This document shows, in pieces, positions 28,983-40,600 of a stretch of 62,402 nt of DNA. The position numbers were made by a program, and so were the translations under genes. The stretch lies in IMG/VR virus record IMGVR_UViG_3300029219_000144, one strand, 5' to 3'. This DNA is from a virus (taxonomy: Duplodnaviria; Heunggongvirae; Uroviricota; Caudoviricetes). The notes under the pieces are model-generated. The model was not told where the DNA came from. It did no database searches and was given only the letters and a program-made list of their open reading frames with translations. The number at the start of each line of letters is the position of its first letter. The stretch's first letter is position 1.

Positions 28983-28998
28983 GTAAGTATATACTTAC
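28983..28998. promoter_or_regulatory. Palindrome GTAAGTAtataTACTTAC upstream of the major tail gene
   Basis: Perfect inverted repeat of the TAAGTA/TACTTA family. Confidence 0.45.
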
Positions 28999-29048
28999 TG
29001 TTAGCGCAATGAATGCGTAGAATTAACGGAAAAAGGAGTTTTCCATCA

Positions 29049-29795
29049 ATGTCTAATACCCATGTAAAAAACATCAAACTTGGTGCCTGTAAGGTGTCGT
29101 TTGGTGGTGTGGATTTGGGTTACACCAAAGGTGGTGTTCAGGTTGAAGTAGCCACTGAAACGCTGAAAGTCACTGTCGACCAGCACGGCCAGACAATTAT
29201 GTCAGAGCTGGTGCAGGGTCGTAACATTACCATTACTGCGCCGCTGGCCGAGTCTGTGTTGAAAAATATGGTCGATCTGATGCCGGGGTCTACTCTGAAC
29301 GAAGACGACAACGCTGTGACCATCACTTCCGCACAGGGTGTCAACCTGATCGACGTAGCCAAAGAGCTGGTTCTGACTCCGCAGGACACTACCGACTACG
29401 TTCTGACCATTCCGAAAGCTGCGACCGCAGGTAACTTCACCATGACTTACCAGTCTGATGATGTTCGTGTGTTCTCTGTTCAGTTCAGCGCATACCCTGA
29501 TGACGAAGGCGTTCTGGGAAGAATGAGCGGCCCTAAACCGGTAAAAACCGTGTCGATCAAACCGGAATCTCCAACTGTAAAAGCAGGGGAGACTGTGCAA
29601 CTGACAGCCGAAATCACTCCAGCTGATGCCGCAGACAAAACCGGTGTTTGGGAATCCGAAGACCAGGAAAAGGCCACGGTAGATCAAACGGGTCTGGTAC
29701 GTGGTGTGGCGCAGGGTTCTACAAATATCTCCTTCACCAGCAATAGCGGTGGTAAGAAGGCAACTAAGTCAGTAACGATTAACCCCGCAGATTAA
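29049..29795 (+). CDS. Major tail protein with C-terminal Ig-like domain (lambda gpV-like architecture)
   Basis: Start MSNTHVKNIK with AAGGAG RBS; C-terminal ~80 aa are Big_2-like; hairpin terminator follows. Confidence 0.65.
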   Translation: MSNTHVKNIKLGACKVSFGGVDLGYTKGGVQVEVATETLKVTVDQHGQTIMSELVQGRNITITAPLAESVLKNMVDLMPGSTLNEDDNAVTITSAQGVNLIDVAKELVLTPQDTTDYVLTIPKAATAGNFTMTYQSDDVRVFSVQFSAYPDDEGVLGRMSGPKPVKTVSIKPESPTVKAGETVQLTAEITPADAADKTGVWESEDQEKATVDQTGLVRGVAQGSTNISFTSNSGGKKATKSVTINPAD

Positions 29796-29808
29796 TCAGT
29801 AATTAAGC

Positions 29809-29835
29809 AGAGGCTCAGGATGGGCCTCTCTTTTA
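29809..29835 (+). terminator. Hairpin terminator/attenuator after the major tail gene
   Basis: AGAGGC tcaggatgg GCCTCT followed by TTTT. Confidence 0.55.
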
Positions 29836-29850
29836 AAAGGATTTTAACCA

Positions 29851-30168
29851 ATGACCAAATTACTCGATCTAGATTCCATTCTGCCTCCGAAGAAAAGCAT
29901 CAAATTTGGCGGTCAGGAATATCCCATCGTTGAAATGACGGTAGGTCTGTTCGTTTCCATCAAGCAGATGGAAGGCAAAGATCTCATGAATATGTCTCCT
30001 GTTGAGCAAGTGACAGCTTATGCAGATCTGGTTCGTAAGGTTATCCCTTCAGTACCTGACGAAGTTCTTGAAAAACTGACTGTTCCGCAACTCCAGCAGA
30101 TCTTCACCTTCGCTATGGAAGTGATTGATGAAGAAAACGAAAAAGCGGCTGGCGAAGGGGCAAAGTAA
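29851..30168 (+). CDS. Tail assembly chaperone (lambda gpG-like)
   Basis: 105-aa acidic protein between the major tail and tape-measure genes; downstream -1 frame is open. Confidence 0.65.
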   Translation: MTKLLDLDSILPPKKSIKFGGQEYPIVEMTVGLFVSIKQMEGKDLMNMSPVEQVTAYADLVRKVIPSVPDEVLEKLTVPQLQQIFTFAMEVIDEENEKAAGEGAK

Positions 30169-30518
30169 TTTCCCGCGATGAATCCGGGACAAGGACCGTC
30201 TCAATAGATCTCGGATTCTATTTCAGTCGTGTAGTTGCTCACTACGCCGTGTCGCCATTAGAGCTACTGAACGTTCCTCTCACGATGTTCTGGATGCTCA
30301 GTCGCAATATAGACCGTCTGCGTGCGGAAGAGGATGTCCGCAACTTACAAGTCGCTCGTGCGTCCCAGGCGGATGGCGAGGCTGTGAAGGCGTTCATGGA
30401 GGGTTTGCAACTCAGGATTGGAAGACCAGTCGTAACAGATAAAGTCTACGATCCAAGCCAGGATAAGGCAGACCCTGACGCCAAAGAGCAACTGATGCAA
30501 ATATTTGGCAGAGGATGA
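29851..30518 (+). CDS. Predicted -1 frameshift fusion product (gpGT-like)
   Basis: The -1 frame is open from 30132 to 30518 and overlaps the last 12 codons of the chaperone ORF; candidate slip site GAAAAAG at 30139-30145. Confidence 0.5.
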
Positions 30519-30525
30519 CAAGGGA

Positions 30526-33500
30526 ATGTCACAAAACGTAGAGTTTATCCTGTCGCTGGAAGACAAACAGTTTACAGCGTCAATCGATCGTGCGGGGAAA
30601 CTGCTTACTCGATTTGGTGAGCAGGTAACAAAGCCTGCTCAAAAAATCCAAGCCTTTGAACGCTCTTTGGGTTCGGTCGCCCGTATCATTGGCGTTCTGG
30701 AAAGCAAGCTCGATTCTACGGCAGATAAACTACAGGATGTAGCTGCCGGTTTTGAGCTTGCTTCAGATGCTACGCGTAAAATGCGTGGCAACATCACCAG
30801 CCTCAATTCTGGTCTTAAAGCCCTGATTGAGCGCGTCGATACGACAACTTCTTCAGTAGATAAACTCACCGCGTCATTACGTAAAGTGCAATCAGAGCTA
30901 AATGATTTCTCTGATTGGGCGACCTATGCAAGCAAAAGCGCAAGCCGCTTTGGTACGGAGGTCAAAGAAGCCTCTGCGTCCGTGAGTGGCATGAATACGC
31001 GCCTTAATACCACGACGAAGCGACTCAGTAATTGGGGTGTCACAACGAGTCAGGCTGCCGAGGGACTGAAAAAGGTTCGTGAGCAGATGGACGAAGTTAT
31101 CGGACGTCAGCAACTGATTAGCAAGCCGGTACGCGTTCGTACATCTGGAAGTGGCGATGGTGGTAGCGGGCGGCGTAGCGGCGCTTCTGGCCATAGCGGT
31201 AAAAGTAACGAAGGAGGTATGTTCTCTGGCCTTCGTGGCAACATTTTCCTGCTTGGCGAGATCGGAGATGCAGCCAGAACGGTTACTGACATCATGTTTG
31301 GGTGGCAGAAGCCTATTGTTGAAGCTGCGGCCGAAATGGAACGTATGCGGGTGATGCTTCGAGGGTTGAATAAGGAGAAGTCCAACCCGGGCCAGGCTGC
31401 CGCTGATGATATGAAGTACATCGTAGACATGGCGCAAAATGCGCCGTTCGCGATGCAGGCGTTAACAGATTCCTTCGTGAAGTTTCGTTCTGCTGGCTTA
31501 GATCCAACCGATGGTTCTCTGAAGGCGCTGGTGGACTCCGTTGCTCGTTTTGGTGGTGATAGTGAGCTGTTGAAACGTGCGGCTGTGGCCGTTCAGCAGA
31601 TGTCCGGTAAGGGCGTTGTGTCAATGGAAGAGCTACGTCAGCAATTAGGTGAAGCCGTTCCTAACGCGATGCAGGCAATGGCAGACGCCGCAGGCATCAC
31701 TATGGGGGAACTGACTAAAGCCGTTGCCAGCGGTACGGTTGAGGCAAAACAGGCGTTGTCTCTGATGTTTGTTGGTCTGCGTGCGGAGAATGAGAACGCA
31801 GCGAAAGACATGATGCAAACCTACACAGGTGCGCTGGCGCAACTTCAGACGTCATTCACGTTATTTGCTGATCGGGTTGGTCAGGCCGGATATCTGGATT
31901 CTCTATCGAAGGGGATGAAAGAACTGGCTTCAATCATGAATAGCGCCGAAGGAATTTCGTTTGCCAATTCTTTAGGCTCGGGGTTAACGACGGCAATCGA
32001 TGGGTTGCGTCAGCTTGCTCAATGGTTAGTAAAGAACCAAGAGCTGGTAATTAATCTCGGTAAGGTCGTGGCCGCGATGGTTGCGTTCAAACTGATGCGA
32101 GCAGGGATCATGGGGGTAGTTGGCGCAGGCAGCCAGATGGTTAGCACCTTTGCCACGATGGCGACCGCCATACAGACTCCATTTAACCTCGGCGCTACAG
32201 CAGTAACCCGATTCAATCGTGCGGCACGTATGGGGCTGGCTCCGATCCCCTCTCTTATTTTCGCCATCCGTGGGGCGATTACGGGGCTTAAAGGCGCTTT
32301 TGCTGGATTAACGGCGTTCATTGCAGCAAACCCTATAGGGGCAGCATTTACAGTTGCCACTGTAGCTGTTGCTGGCCTAATCACGTACATGACCATGCTC
32401 CGCAGCGAAACTTCAAAGGTCGTTGACGAGATTAGGAAAATACCAGAGGCGATGACGGCGGCCAAACGTGCACAAATGGCCGACCGCGCAGAAAAGCTCG
32501 AAAAGCAGATTCTTGCTGATCAACGAGCATTAAAAACTGGTGAGGGTGTTAATTACGTATCTAACTCTGCCGGTGTTATCACTCACAAAGAGTCGAAGGC
32601 TGACATCGAAGCACGCCTGAAAAAAAATCAGGAAGAGTATCAAAAGATAACCGGCACGATAGCTCTTGGTGACGGCGCTGTAGCAAAGCGTTTGGCTAAA
32701 GAGGCTGCCGAATCTCAGATTGAGAAAATTCGAGCGGAAAACCAGATTTTCGCGGCAACATTCGTGAAAGCCCGGCAGGAGGCTCTGGACAAGATCCAGA
32801 AAATCAATGATGACGGTTCACTTTCAGATGACGAAAAGAACAAGCTATTGGCACCGTTACGTGAAACGGTAAACAAAAGCTATCTGGAGCCTGCGCAAAA
32901 ACTGGTTGATTCACTTTCTTCTCGTAAGAATGCCACCGAGAAGCAAATAGCGACTCTTAATGATCAGCTTGAAAAAGCCAAAAAGGATGGAAATACCGAG
33001 CAAATCCAGAAACTGCAAGGCAGTATCCGTGGTTATCAGGAGCATTTGGAAGCCGTTGCTCAGGAGCTGACTCAGGCAGAGTTCGAGAGAGATAACGCGG
33101 CCAAAACTGGTAAGGGCGTAATGTCAAACCAGGGGACTGTTCTTGGGTTAGGTACAACTGATAAAGCCGCTCAGAAGGCGCTGGCGCAATATATGCGAAA
33201 CCAGATGGATTCTGCGACTTATCAACGTACTTTGCCTGACGGCACTCCGATGATGGACTTCGAAGGTAAGCCGATTATTGGGCCTAAACAACTCAAGACG
33301 CAGCTTAATTTGCAGAAAGCATCCAGCGCCAGCTCTCTGGAGAAAATGAGCGATGAAGAGCGTGCCGCAGCCATTGCTGCACTAACTAAAGCTCGTGAAC
33401 AGGATGCAGCAGCTGCCGAGAAAGCAGCCCAACGATCAGCTAACGCCTCGCAGCGTGCGGCCAAGAAGGAACAGGCAGCGCAACAGAAACTGGCAGCCGG

Positions 33501-35097
33501 ATACCAGAAGGCTCTGGACAAAGCCGATCAGCTTATGGGGCAAATGGGTGAAAGCTCTAAGGCTACGGTATCGTTTGATCAGTCTCTTCGCGATACAACG
33601 AAATCGCTGACAGATTTGGCTAATGCGGTTCCTAACGAGTTCATCACTCAAGAGATGATCGACAAGGCGAAAAAACGTCTTGAGGACCTCAAAAATGCGA
33701 CACCTGAATATCGCGAGATGTTTAATCGCCGCAATGTTGAGCAGATGATCTCCACTTGGGCACCGGAGGCGGATTCCATTATTAGTGCTGGCTATACGCC
33801 GTCTCGCGAAGAGAAAGTTGCTGATTTCGAAGACACCTACAACCGCAATCTCAAAGCGTTGATAGAACTTCGTGATAAGGCGTCTGATCCTAAAGTCGTG
33901 GCGCTTTATACAAAGAAAATCAATCAACTGATTGCTGCTGGCAATACCGCGCTTATTAAAGAGACGGGGACTGCGACGCAGAAGTTGGCACTGGAATACG
34001 AAAACTTGGCAGAGCAGATCGAAAGCACCTGGACTGATTTGTTTAGTGGCTTAACTGATGTCCTGACTGATTTCGTTATTAACGGGAAGATGAGCTTCTC
34101 CAGCCTATCTCAGTCCATTTTGAAAGATATCACCAATATGGTCGTGAAGTCGCAAATCACGCTGCCTCTAATGAACATGTTGGGGATGGGAACCACCGCA
34201 GCTGGTAGTTCACAGAGTGGCAATTTGCTCACTGGAGTTGCTTCCGCCGTTGCCAATCAAGGGGTACGAATGGGCAACACTGTTAACGGCGACAAGTCGG
34301 TGGGAGAAGCCACGAAGGAGACGTCCAGTTCGGTAACTGGATTGGGGCAAACAACACAGCAGACCACCAGCGCAATTGGCACTGCAACAAATGCGATTGG
34401 TAGCTGGGTATCAGGGCTATTTGATAGCACCGAAGCCAAAGATGCTGAAACAAAAGCAGTGAAGGACTCCATCTTCTCGATGCAGAACCTCAGCTCTGTT
34501 ACCGGCGCTCTGTCTGCCGCGTTTGCAATGCTTGGAGCTAATGCTTCCGGCTCTGGTAATAAGTGGTTGAATTTCGGCGCGACAGTTGCATCTGGTTTGG
34601 TTTCAGTATGGGCTGGTGGTGGATTCGATGGATTGATGTCCGGTTCTTCTGGCTCAACTTCCGGGTTCAACAATCTGACCAGTTCTGCTGCCGATGGCAC
34701 GAATGGTATTCCTGCAATTCCGAAGTTTGCAAATGGTGGCATATTCGGAAAAGACGGCGTGATCCCGCTCCGGGCATACCAGAAAGGCGGTATCGCCAAC
34801 TCACCTCAATTGGCGTTGTTTGGGGAAGGCGATATGAATGAGGCGTATGTTCCATTGCCTGATGGTCGAACAATCCCTGTAACGCTCAGTACCGATGGTA
34901 TGAGTGGAGGAGGAAATGTTCTTTCTCCGGTATCAATTGAGATCAACGTCCATAGTGACGGTAGCACAACTGAATCCGGCGATACAGAAAGCATATGGAA
35001 CAATGCCGCTCAACGGATGAAAGCAATCGCGCTTGAGACTATCGCTCAAGAGAAACGCCCTGGCGGATCACTCAACCCAAACACTCAACGTAACTAA
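30526..35097 (+). CDS. Tail tape measure protein
   Basis: ~1523-aa protein, coiled-coil/Ala-rich with Gly-rich regions, located after the G/GT chaperone; start 30505 (TTG) or 30526 (ATG). Confidence 0.8.
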   Translation: MSQNVEFILSLEDKQFTASIDRAGKLLTRFGEQVTKPAQKIQAFERSLGSVARIIGVLESKLDSTADKLQDVAAGFELASDATRKMRGNITSLNSGLKALIERVDTTTSSVDKLTASLRKVQSELNDFSDWATYASKSASRFGTEVKEASASVSGMNTRLNTTTKRLSNWGVTTSQAAEGLKKVREQMDEVIGRQQLISKPVRVRTSGSGDGGSGRRSGASGHSGKSNEGGMFSGLRGNIFLLGEIGDAARTVTDIMFGWQKPIVEAAAEMERMRVMLRGLNKEKSNPGQAAADDMKYIVDMAQNAPFAMQALTDSFVKFRSAGLDPTDGSLKALVDSVARFGGDSELLKRAAVAVQQMSGKGVVSMEELRQQLGEAVPNAMQAMADAAGITMGELTKAVASGTVEAKQALSLMFVGLRAENENAAKDMMQTYTGALAQLQTSFTLFADRVGQAGYLDSLSKGMKELASIMNSAEGISFANSLGSGLTTAIDGLRQLAQWLVKNQELVINLGKVVAAMVAFKLMRAGIMGVVGAGSQMVSTFATMATAIQTPFNLGATAVTRFNRAARMGLAPIPSLIFAIRGAITGLKGAFAGLTAFIAANPIGAAFTVATVAVAGLITYMTMLRSETSKVVDEIRKIPEAMTAAKRAQMADRAEKLEKQILADQRALKTGEGVNYVSNSAGVITHKESKADIEARLKKNQEEYQKITGTIALGDGAVAKRLAKEAAESQIEKIRAENQIFAATFVKARQEALDKIQKINDDGSLSDDEKNKLLAPLRETVNKSYLEPAQKLVDSLSSRKNATEKQIATLNDQLEKAKKDGNTEQIQKLQGSIRGYQEHLEAVAQELTQAEFERDNAAKTGKGVMSNQGTVLGLGTTDKAAQKALAQYMRNQMDSATYQRTLPDGTPMMDFEGKPIIGPKQLKTQLNLQKASSASSLEKMSDEERAAAIAALTKAREQDAAAAEKAAQRSANASQRAAKKEQAAQQKLAAGYQKALDKADQLMGQMGESSKATVSFDQSLRDTTKSLTDLANAVPNEFITQEMIDKAKKRLEDLKNATPEYREMFNRRNVEQMISTWAPEADSIISAGYTPSREEKVADFEDTYNRNLKALIELRDKASDPKVVALYTKKINQLIAAGNTALIKETGTATQKLALEYENLAEQIESTWTDLFSGLTDVLTDFVINGKMSFSSLSQSILKDITNMVVKSQITLPLMNMLGMGTTAAGSSQSGNLLTGVASAVANQGVRMGNTVNGDKSVGEATKETSSSVTGLGQTTQQTTSAIGTATNAIGSWVSGLFDSTEAKDAETKAVKDSIFSMQNLSSVTGALSAAFAMLGANASGSGNKWLNFGATVASGLVSVWAGGGFDGLMSGSSGSTSGFNNLTSSAADGTNGIPAIPKFANGGIFGKDGVIPLRAYQKGGIANSPQLALFGEGDMNEAYVPLPDGRTIPVTLSTDGMSGGGNVLSPVSIEINVHSDGSTTESGDTESIWNNAAQRMKAIALETIAQEKRPGGSLNPNTQRN

Positions 35098-35139
35098 CTA
35101 TCGACTGCCCCGACCGGGGCAGTCTCACAAGGATGTGAG

Positions 35140-35475
35140 ATGGAAAGACAAACGTTTAATTGGTATCCAGATTACGAATCTGAAAAAAGCGTAAAACCGA
35201 ATGTAACGGTACTTAATTTTGGTGATGACTACGAGCAGCGACAGGCTCAAGGTCTTAATCGTATTAAAGAAGAATGGTCGTTAACCTTTACCAGATCATA
35301 CAACGAAATTAATGCAATCGATGACTTCCTGACTGAGCGAGCAGGCGTTGAGTCGTTCTATTGGGTTAATCCAAGAGGAAAACGGATTGTAGTTGTATGT
35401 GACAGTCATACGGTCAAGCGATATCAGGGGTACTGTGTCTTAACAGCTACATTCAGACAAGTATTTGAGGCTTAA
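35140..35475 (+). CDS. Minor tail protein M (lambda gpM-like)
   Basis: 111-aa ORF directly after the tape measure and before the gpL homolog. Confidence 0.6.
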   Translation: MERQTFNWYPDYESEKSVKPNVTVLNFGDDYEQRQAQGLNRIKEEWSLTFTRSYNEINAIDDFLTERAGVESFYWVNPRGKRIVVVCDSHTVKRYQGYCVLTATFRQVFEA

Positions 35476-35557
35476 GTATCTAGATAAGTAAGTACTAATT
35501 TACTATCATTGTGGCGCTGACAGGATGTTAGCGCCTACTTATTTCAAGGATGAAACA

Positions 35558-36256
35558 ATGGGAATTAAAGCTGATATTCAGAGCTTATCTCCCTCTGCAC
35601 TCATTGAGTTGTTCGTACTGGATATGTCGAACACAACTTCAGGGGGGAAGCTATTCTTCCACGCCGGAACAAACGAACTGATGCAACCGGTCGTCTGGCA
35701 AGGAGTGACATACGAGCCGTGGCCAATCAAAGCATCAGGCTTTGACAAAACTGGCCAGGGAACGTTGCCACGTCCAAAAATTCAGGTATCGAACTTTGCC
35801 GGAACTGTCTCTGCGGAAGTTCAGGCAAACGACGATCTTGTTGGCTGCCGCATTATTCGCAAGATGACGCTGGCTCGCTTCCTCGATGCCGTTAATTTTA
35901 AAGACGGCAACCCAACAGCAGATCCAAACCAACATTTCCCGGATGAAATGTGGTTTATCGAACAGAAAACTCTCGAAACTCATCAGGTTGTCGAGTTTGA
36001 ATTGTCCAGTGTGTTCGATTTGATGGGGGTGCAACTGCCGTATCGTCAGATCATTAAAAACACCTGCCCGTGGAAATACCGAGGGCCAGAATGCGGCTAT
36101 ACCGGTCCATATTTCGACAAAAATAACCAGCAGACGTCTATGTCTGGTGCTGATTACTGCACAAAACGTTATGACGCCTGTAATGCGCGTCGGAATTATT
36201 TTGCCAACGGAGTGATCCATTTTGGCGGGTTTATTGGAGCTACGCGATATGGGTAA
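35558..36256 (+). CDS. Minor tail protein L (lambda gpL homolog)
   Basis: Regions VWQGVTYEPWPI, ARFLDAVNF and NTCPWKYRGPECGYTGP match lambda gpL as recalled. Confidence 0.8.
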   Translation: MGIKADIQSLSPSALIELFVLDMSNTTSGGKLFFHAGTNELMQPVVWQGVTYEPWPIKASGFDKTGQGTLPRPKIQVSNFAGTVSAEVQANDDLVGCRIIRKMTLARFLDAVNFKDGNPTADPNQHFPDEMWFIEQKTLETHQVVEFELSSVFDLMGVQLPYRQIIKNTCPWKYRGPECGYTGPYFDKNNQQTSMSGADYCTKRYDACNARRNYFANGVIHFGGFIGATRYG

Positions 36257-37046
36257 TAAAGCAATCCCTGAGCTTGGCTCTGATGTTATGCAGCAAATCT
36301 ATCTCTGCGCCATAAATCGCTACCCTAATGAAGCGTGTGGCTTTCTGGTGAGAACTAATGGCGACAAATATCGCTTTATGGAAGCGCGAAATGTTTCGGA
36401 GAACCCGCAGAACACTTTTGTAATGCACGTTGACGACATTATGGCGGCAGAGGATGCAGGTGACGTAATCGCAATCTGGCATTCACATACTGATGAATCA
36501 GCAGAAGCATCTGATGCCGATCGTGCAGGCTGTGAAGCGACGGAAGTTCCGTGGATGATTCTGGCTATTCGCAAGAATGTTGAGGGAGATGCCCCTTTCC
36601 ATTTTAGCGAGATGAATGTGATCACACCTGATGGTTTCGAAATGCCATACCTGGGTAGACCGTATGTATTTGGCGTATTCGATTGCTGGATGTTGTGTCG
36701 GGACTATTTGAAGCGTGAGTTTAACGTCGAGCTTAACCCGAACGCACACCTGCATATTCCATCGTGGTACACCGGCGATAACGACATTCTCGACCAGAAC
36801 TACCGAAACGAGGGATTGGTACGGCTTGCGCCTGGAACAGAGCCTCAACGTGGGGACGTCTTCTTTATTCAATACGGAAAAATGCCTGACCACTGTGCGG
36901 TTTATATCGGCGATGGAATGATTCTTCATCACCAGATCGACCGCCTTAGTTGTCGTGCTTATTACGGCGGGATGTATCAGAAACATACGACGCATCACTT
37001 GCGTCACAGAGACTTGCTCAAGGGAGATGAGACGTGTCTGAGTTAG
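36249..37046 (+). CDS. Tail assembly protein K (JAB/MPN metalloprotease plus NlpC/P60-like)
   Basis: PNEACGFLV and JAMM-like IAIWHSHTDESAEASDADRAG motifs; Cys/His-containing C-terminal half; overlaps L by 8 nt. Confidence 0.75.
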   Translation: MGNKAIPELGSDVMQQIYLCAINRYPNEACGFLVRTNGDKYRFMEARNVSENPQNTFVMHVDDIMAAEDAGDVIAIWHSHTDESAEASDADRAGCEATEVPWMILAIRKNVEGDAPFHFSEMNVITPDGFEMPYLGRPYVFGVFDCWMLCRDYLKREFNVELNPNAHLHIPSWYTGDNDILDQNYRNEGLVRLAPGTEPQRGDVFFIQYGKMPDHCAVYIGDGMILHHQIDRLSCRAYYGGMYQKHTTHHLRHRDLLKGDETCLS

Positions 37047-37624
37047 TTCATGTGCAGCTTGGCGGCCCTATGGCCAAACATTTTGGCCGCCACTGGCATC
37101 TAAAGGTGCGTAATACAAAACAGGCTCTGGATTTAATTGAGGCCAACAAGCCTGGGTTTAAAGCATGGATGAAGCGCAATATCAAAACCTATGACAGATA
37201 CCACATCCAGATCACCAATAAACAGGGCCACAAGTGGTCTGTGGACGAGAGTGAATATCAGATGATGGGGCAGTCTGACAATATTGCAAAAATCCGCATT
37301 ACCCCTGTTCCGCGAGGAAGTGGTGGATCTGCTTTTGGATGGTTTCAGACGGTTGTTGGAGCAGTATTAATGGTTGCCTCGATATGGGTGCCCGCTCTTG
37401 CGCCTCTCGGTTTGTCACTGATGATGGGCGGTATAGCGCAAATCATATCTCCGCAAGCCACTAACGAAAGTGTGAGGCAGGCGGATAACTCGAACTCTTA
37501 TTACTTTGATGGACCTCAAAACACAACAAACCAGGGGAACCCTGTACAGCTTATCTATGGCGAGGAAATTTTAGTTGGCTCACAGGTCGTGAGTTCTTCT
37601 ATCACCATCGACCAGCTTATGTAA
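37034..37624 (+). CDS. Tail assembly protein I (lambda gpI-like)
   Basis: C-terminal NPVQLIYGEEILVGSQVVS resembles lambda gpI; Gly-rich hydrophobic middle. Confidence 0.7.
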   Translation: MSELVHVQLGGPMAKHFGRHWHLKVRNTKQALDLIEANKPGFKAWMKRNIKTYDRYHIQITNKQGHKWSVDESEYQMMGQSDNIAKIRITPVPRGSGGSAFGWFQTVVGAVLMVASIWVPALAPLGLSLMMGGIAQIISPQATNESVRQADNSNSYYFDGPQNTTNQGNPVQLIYGEEILVGSQVVSSSITIDQLM

Positions 37625-37635
37625 TCAAGGATTTT

Positions 37636-40600
37636 TTGGACATGGAACAGTTCAAGAAGAAAAAATTACCGCTTCTTATTGCCGGTGCTGGTGGCAAGAA
37701 AAGTAAAAGCTCCAGCCGTACCCCGGTTGAAGCTGATGATACTGTCAATTCTCGTGCTATGGCAGCCATCCTCGACCTTCTTGGCGAGGGGGTTATCGGT
37801 GGCCTGGTAAATGGCGCAAAGTCGATCTTCATCGACGATTTACCGATCTTGAATGAAGATGGCTCTTCCAACTTCAGCGGTATTACATGGGATTTTCGTG
37901 ACGGCTCACAAGATCAGACGCCAATGGCTGGTTTTGATTTTGTCGAAACGCCTAAGTCCGTAAATATTCAGCTTAAAAAAACACACGACGTTACGGTTTC
38001 AATCGATAACGATGAAGCTGATCGCGTTCGTGTCATCATGAAATTCCCCTCTTTACGTAGCGTTGATAAAAGCTCTGGCGATACAAATGGCACTACGGTG
38101 AAGTACAAATTCCAGATCGCCAACGCAGACGCAACATTTTCTGATGTAGTGGCAGAAGGTGAGAAAAGCGTTGATATCACGCTAACGGCAAAGAAAACCG
38201 GCGTGTATTACCGTAGCTATGAGCTGAAACTGCCTAAGCCTGGTCGTGCATACAAGGTTAGGGTGATTCGTCTTACAGATGATAATAGTAGCCAGTACCT
38301 CTACAACGACACATGGGTTGATTCCATCGGTGAGATTGTCGACACGCCAATGAACTACCCTAACTCTGCTCTTGTTGGCTTGAAGGTCAATTCAGAGCAG
38401 TTTGGTAGCACAATGCCTTCCCGTTCGTATTTGGTGCGCGGTATCAAAATCCGAGTACCGTCAAACTACAACGAATACACCAATACTTATGTCGGCGTAT
38501 GGGACGGTACTTTTAAGCTGTTGTCTTCTTCAAACCCTGCGTGGATTCTCTACGATTTGCTTACCAATACTCGGTATGGTCTTGGGCAATTTGTGTCGGA
38601 ATCCATGATTGACCTCGGCCAGCTCTACCAGATTGGTCGATATTGTGACGAAGAGGTCGATGATGGCTTTGGGGGTAAAGAGAAACGCTTTGCAATCAAT
38701 ACGCAGATCACCAGTCGACAAGACGCATACCGATTAATTCAGGATATTGCCGGTGCATTCCGCGGCATGGTGTTTTGGGCTGGTGGCATGGTTAACATCA
38801 TGCAGGATAGCCCATCAGATCCGGTAATGATGTTTACCAACTCCAACGTCAAAGATGGACTGTTTACCTATAAAGGTTCTGCGCGTAAAGATCGCCCATC
38901 CGTTGCGCTCGTAACCTACAACAACAAGGAGGACGGTTATAAGCAAAACATCGAATACGTTGAAGATCAGGACGCAATGCGCCGTTATGGTGAGCGTAAA
39001 ACAGAAGTCGTAGCATTTGGATGTACAAGCCGAGGCCAGGCTCACCGAGTTGGTTTGTGGCTTTTGTATACCGCCAGAATGGAGTCGGATGTAATTACAT
39101 TTACTGCCGGCTTAGACGCCTCATTTCTGATGCCTGGTGAAACCGTTCTGATTCAGAACAAATATCGTGCAGGTAAACGTAACTCCGGTCGAATTGTGGA
39201 GTTTACCAAAAACAGCATCACTCTCGATGCGCCTGTGTCGTTAGCTAAAAGTGGCAGCTTTATTCGGATATTGAATCAGGAAGGCAAAATCGTTGAACGC
39301 GATGTTCTTGAAACTGGCGAAAACATAACAAAGGTTACGTTTTCAAAAGCCCTGTCGTCAGCGGAAACGCCTGTTTTGAACGGTGTCTGGACAATTACAG
39401 AACCAGATCTCGAACCTATGCGCGTTCGCATCGTTAACATCGCGCAGGGGGAAACGCCGGGTAGCTTTGACATCACCGCTGTTGAGAACAATCCGTCTAA
39501 ATATGAGGCAATCGACAATGGCGCAACGCTGATCCCGCAGAATACGACGGTATTGGACCCAACTTACTCCAAGCCATCTAATCTGCAAATCACTGAAGGG
39601 ACTTATCTCTCAAGCCCGGGCAACCTGTCAGTAAAACTGACTGCAACATGGGAAGGAAAATCTCCAGAGTATTGGATCAGTTGGCGACGTTCTGATGAAA
39701 ACAATGTATCGAACTGGCAATCGGCGCGTGTAACCGAAGAGCAATACGAAATCGTTAATGTCGCGGAGAATGGACACTACGACTTCCAACTGTATGCGGT
39801 TTCATTCAACGGTAAAAAAACAGAGATTATCAGTACCGTTTATCAGGTGTTGGGCACAATGACACCGCCGGATGCCCCAACGTCATTAACGGCCGTTGGA
39901 GACTATCGTAATGTGATACTGAATTGGGTTAATCCAGATTCGGTAGACCTTGATCACATTAATGTTTACGCATCCCAGACCAACAATCTGGATACGGCGA
40001 AACTGATCGCAGAGTCTGCAAGCACCACCTTTACACATGCTGGTCTTGGGGATAGCGAAACGTGGTATTACTGGGTTCGAGCATCGAACAAGCGAGGTAT
40101 GTTAAGCCCTCCGAACTCAAACTTGGGTACAGAGGCGACAACTCGCGATGTACTGTCGTTCCTGGCTGGCAAAATTACATCTTCCGAGCTTGGTCAGGCT
40201 CTGCTTGAGGACATCAACAGCAAAGCCTCTCAAGAAGCAGTTGACGAGTTAAATGAGCATATCAACCAGAGCGTCGAATCTTTGGAGGGGGCGGTAAACG
40301 ACGTTAAGGAAGATATAGCTGAATTAGATAAGCAGTTCAGCGATAACCTCGCGGGTTTTGAAATAAAATTCAACGAGCGTAGCGATGCTTTGGAGAACGC
40401 ACAAACCGAGCTTAAAGGTGAGGTTTCGGCAACGATCGACAAGGTCAATGAAGCGTTTGAAAAAATTGATGCTACTGATGCTGCAATTGTTGAAATCGAA
40501 AACACCGTATCTGAACACGATAAAGCTCTCGCTAATACAGTCGAGGCAATAAAGGCTGCAAGAGATGAAGCGGCGGCTCTTATTGCTAAGGAAAGCGAGG

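Noticed and set aside
30639-34873. Numerous minus-strand and alternative-frame ORFs inside the tape measure gene
   Set aside because: Embedded in a long, position-appropriate tape measure ORF; no RBS or independent support.
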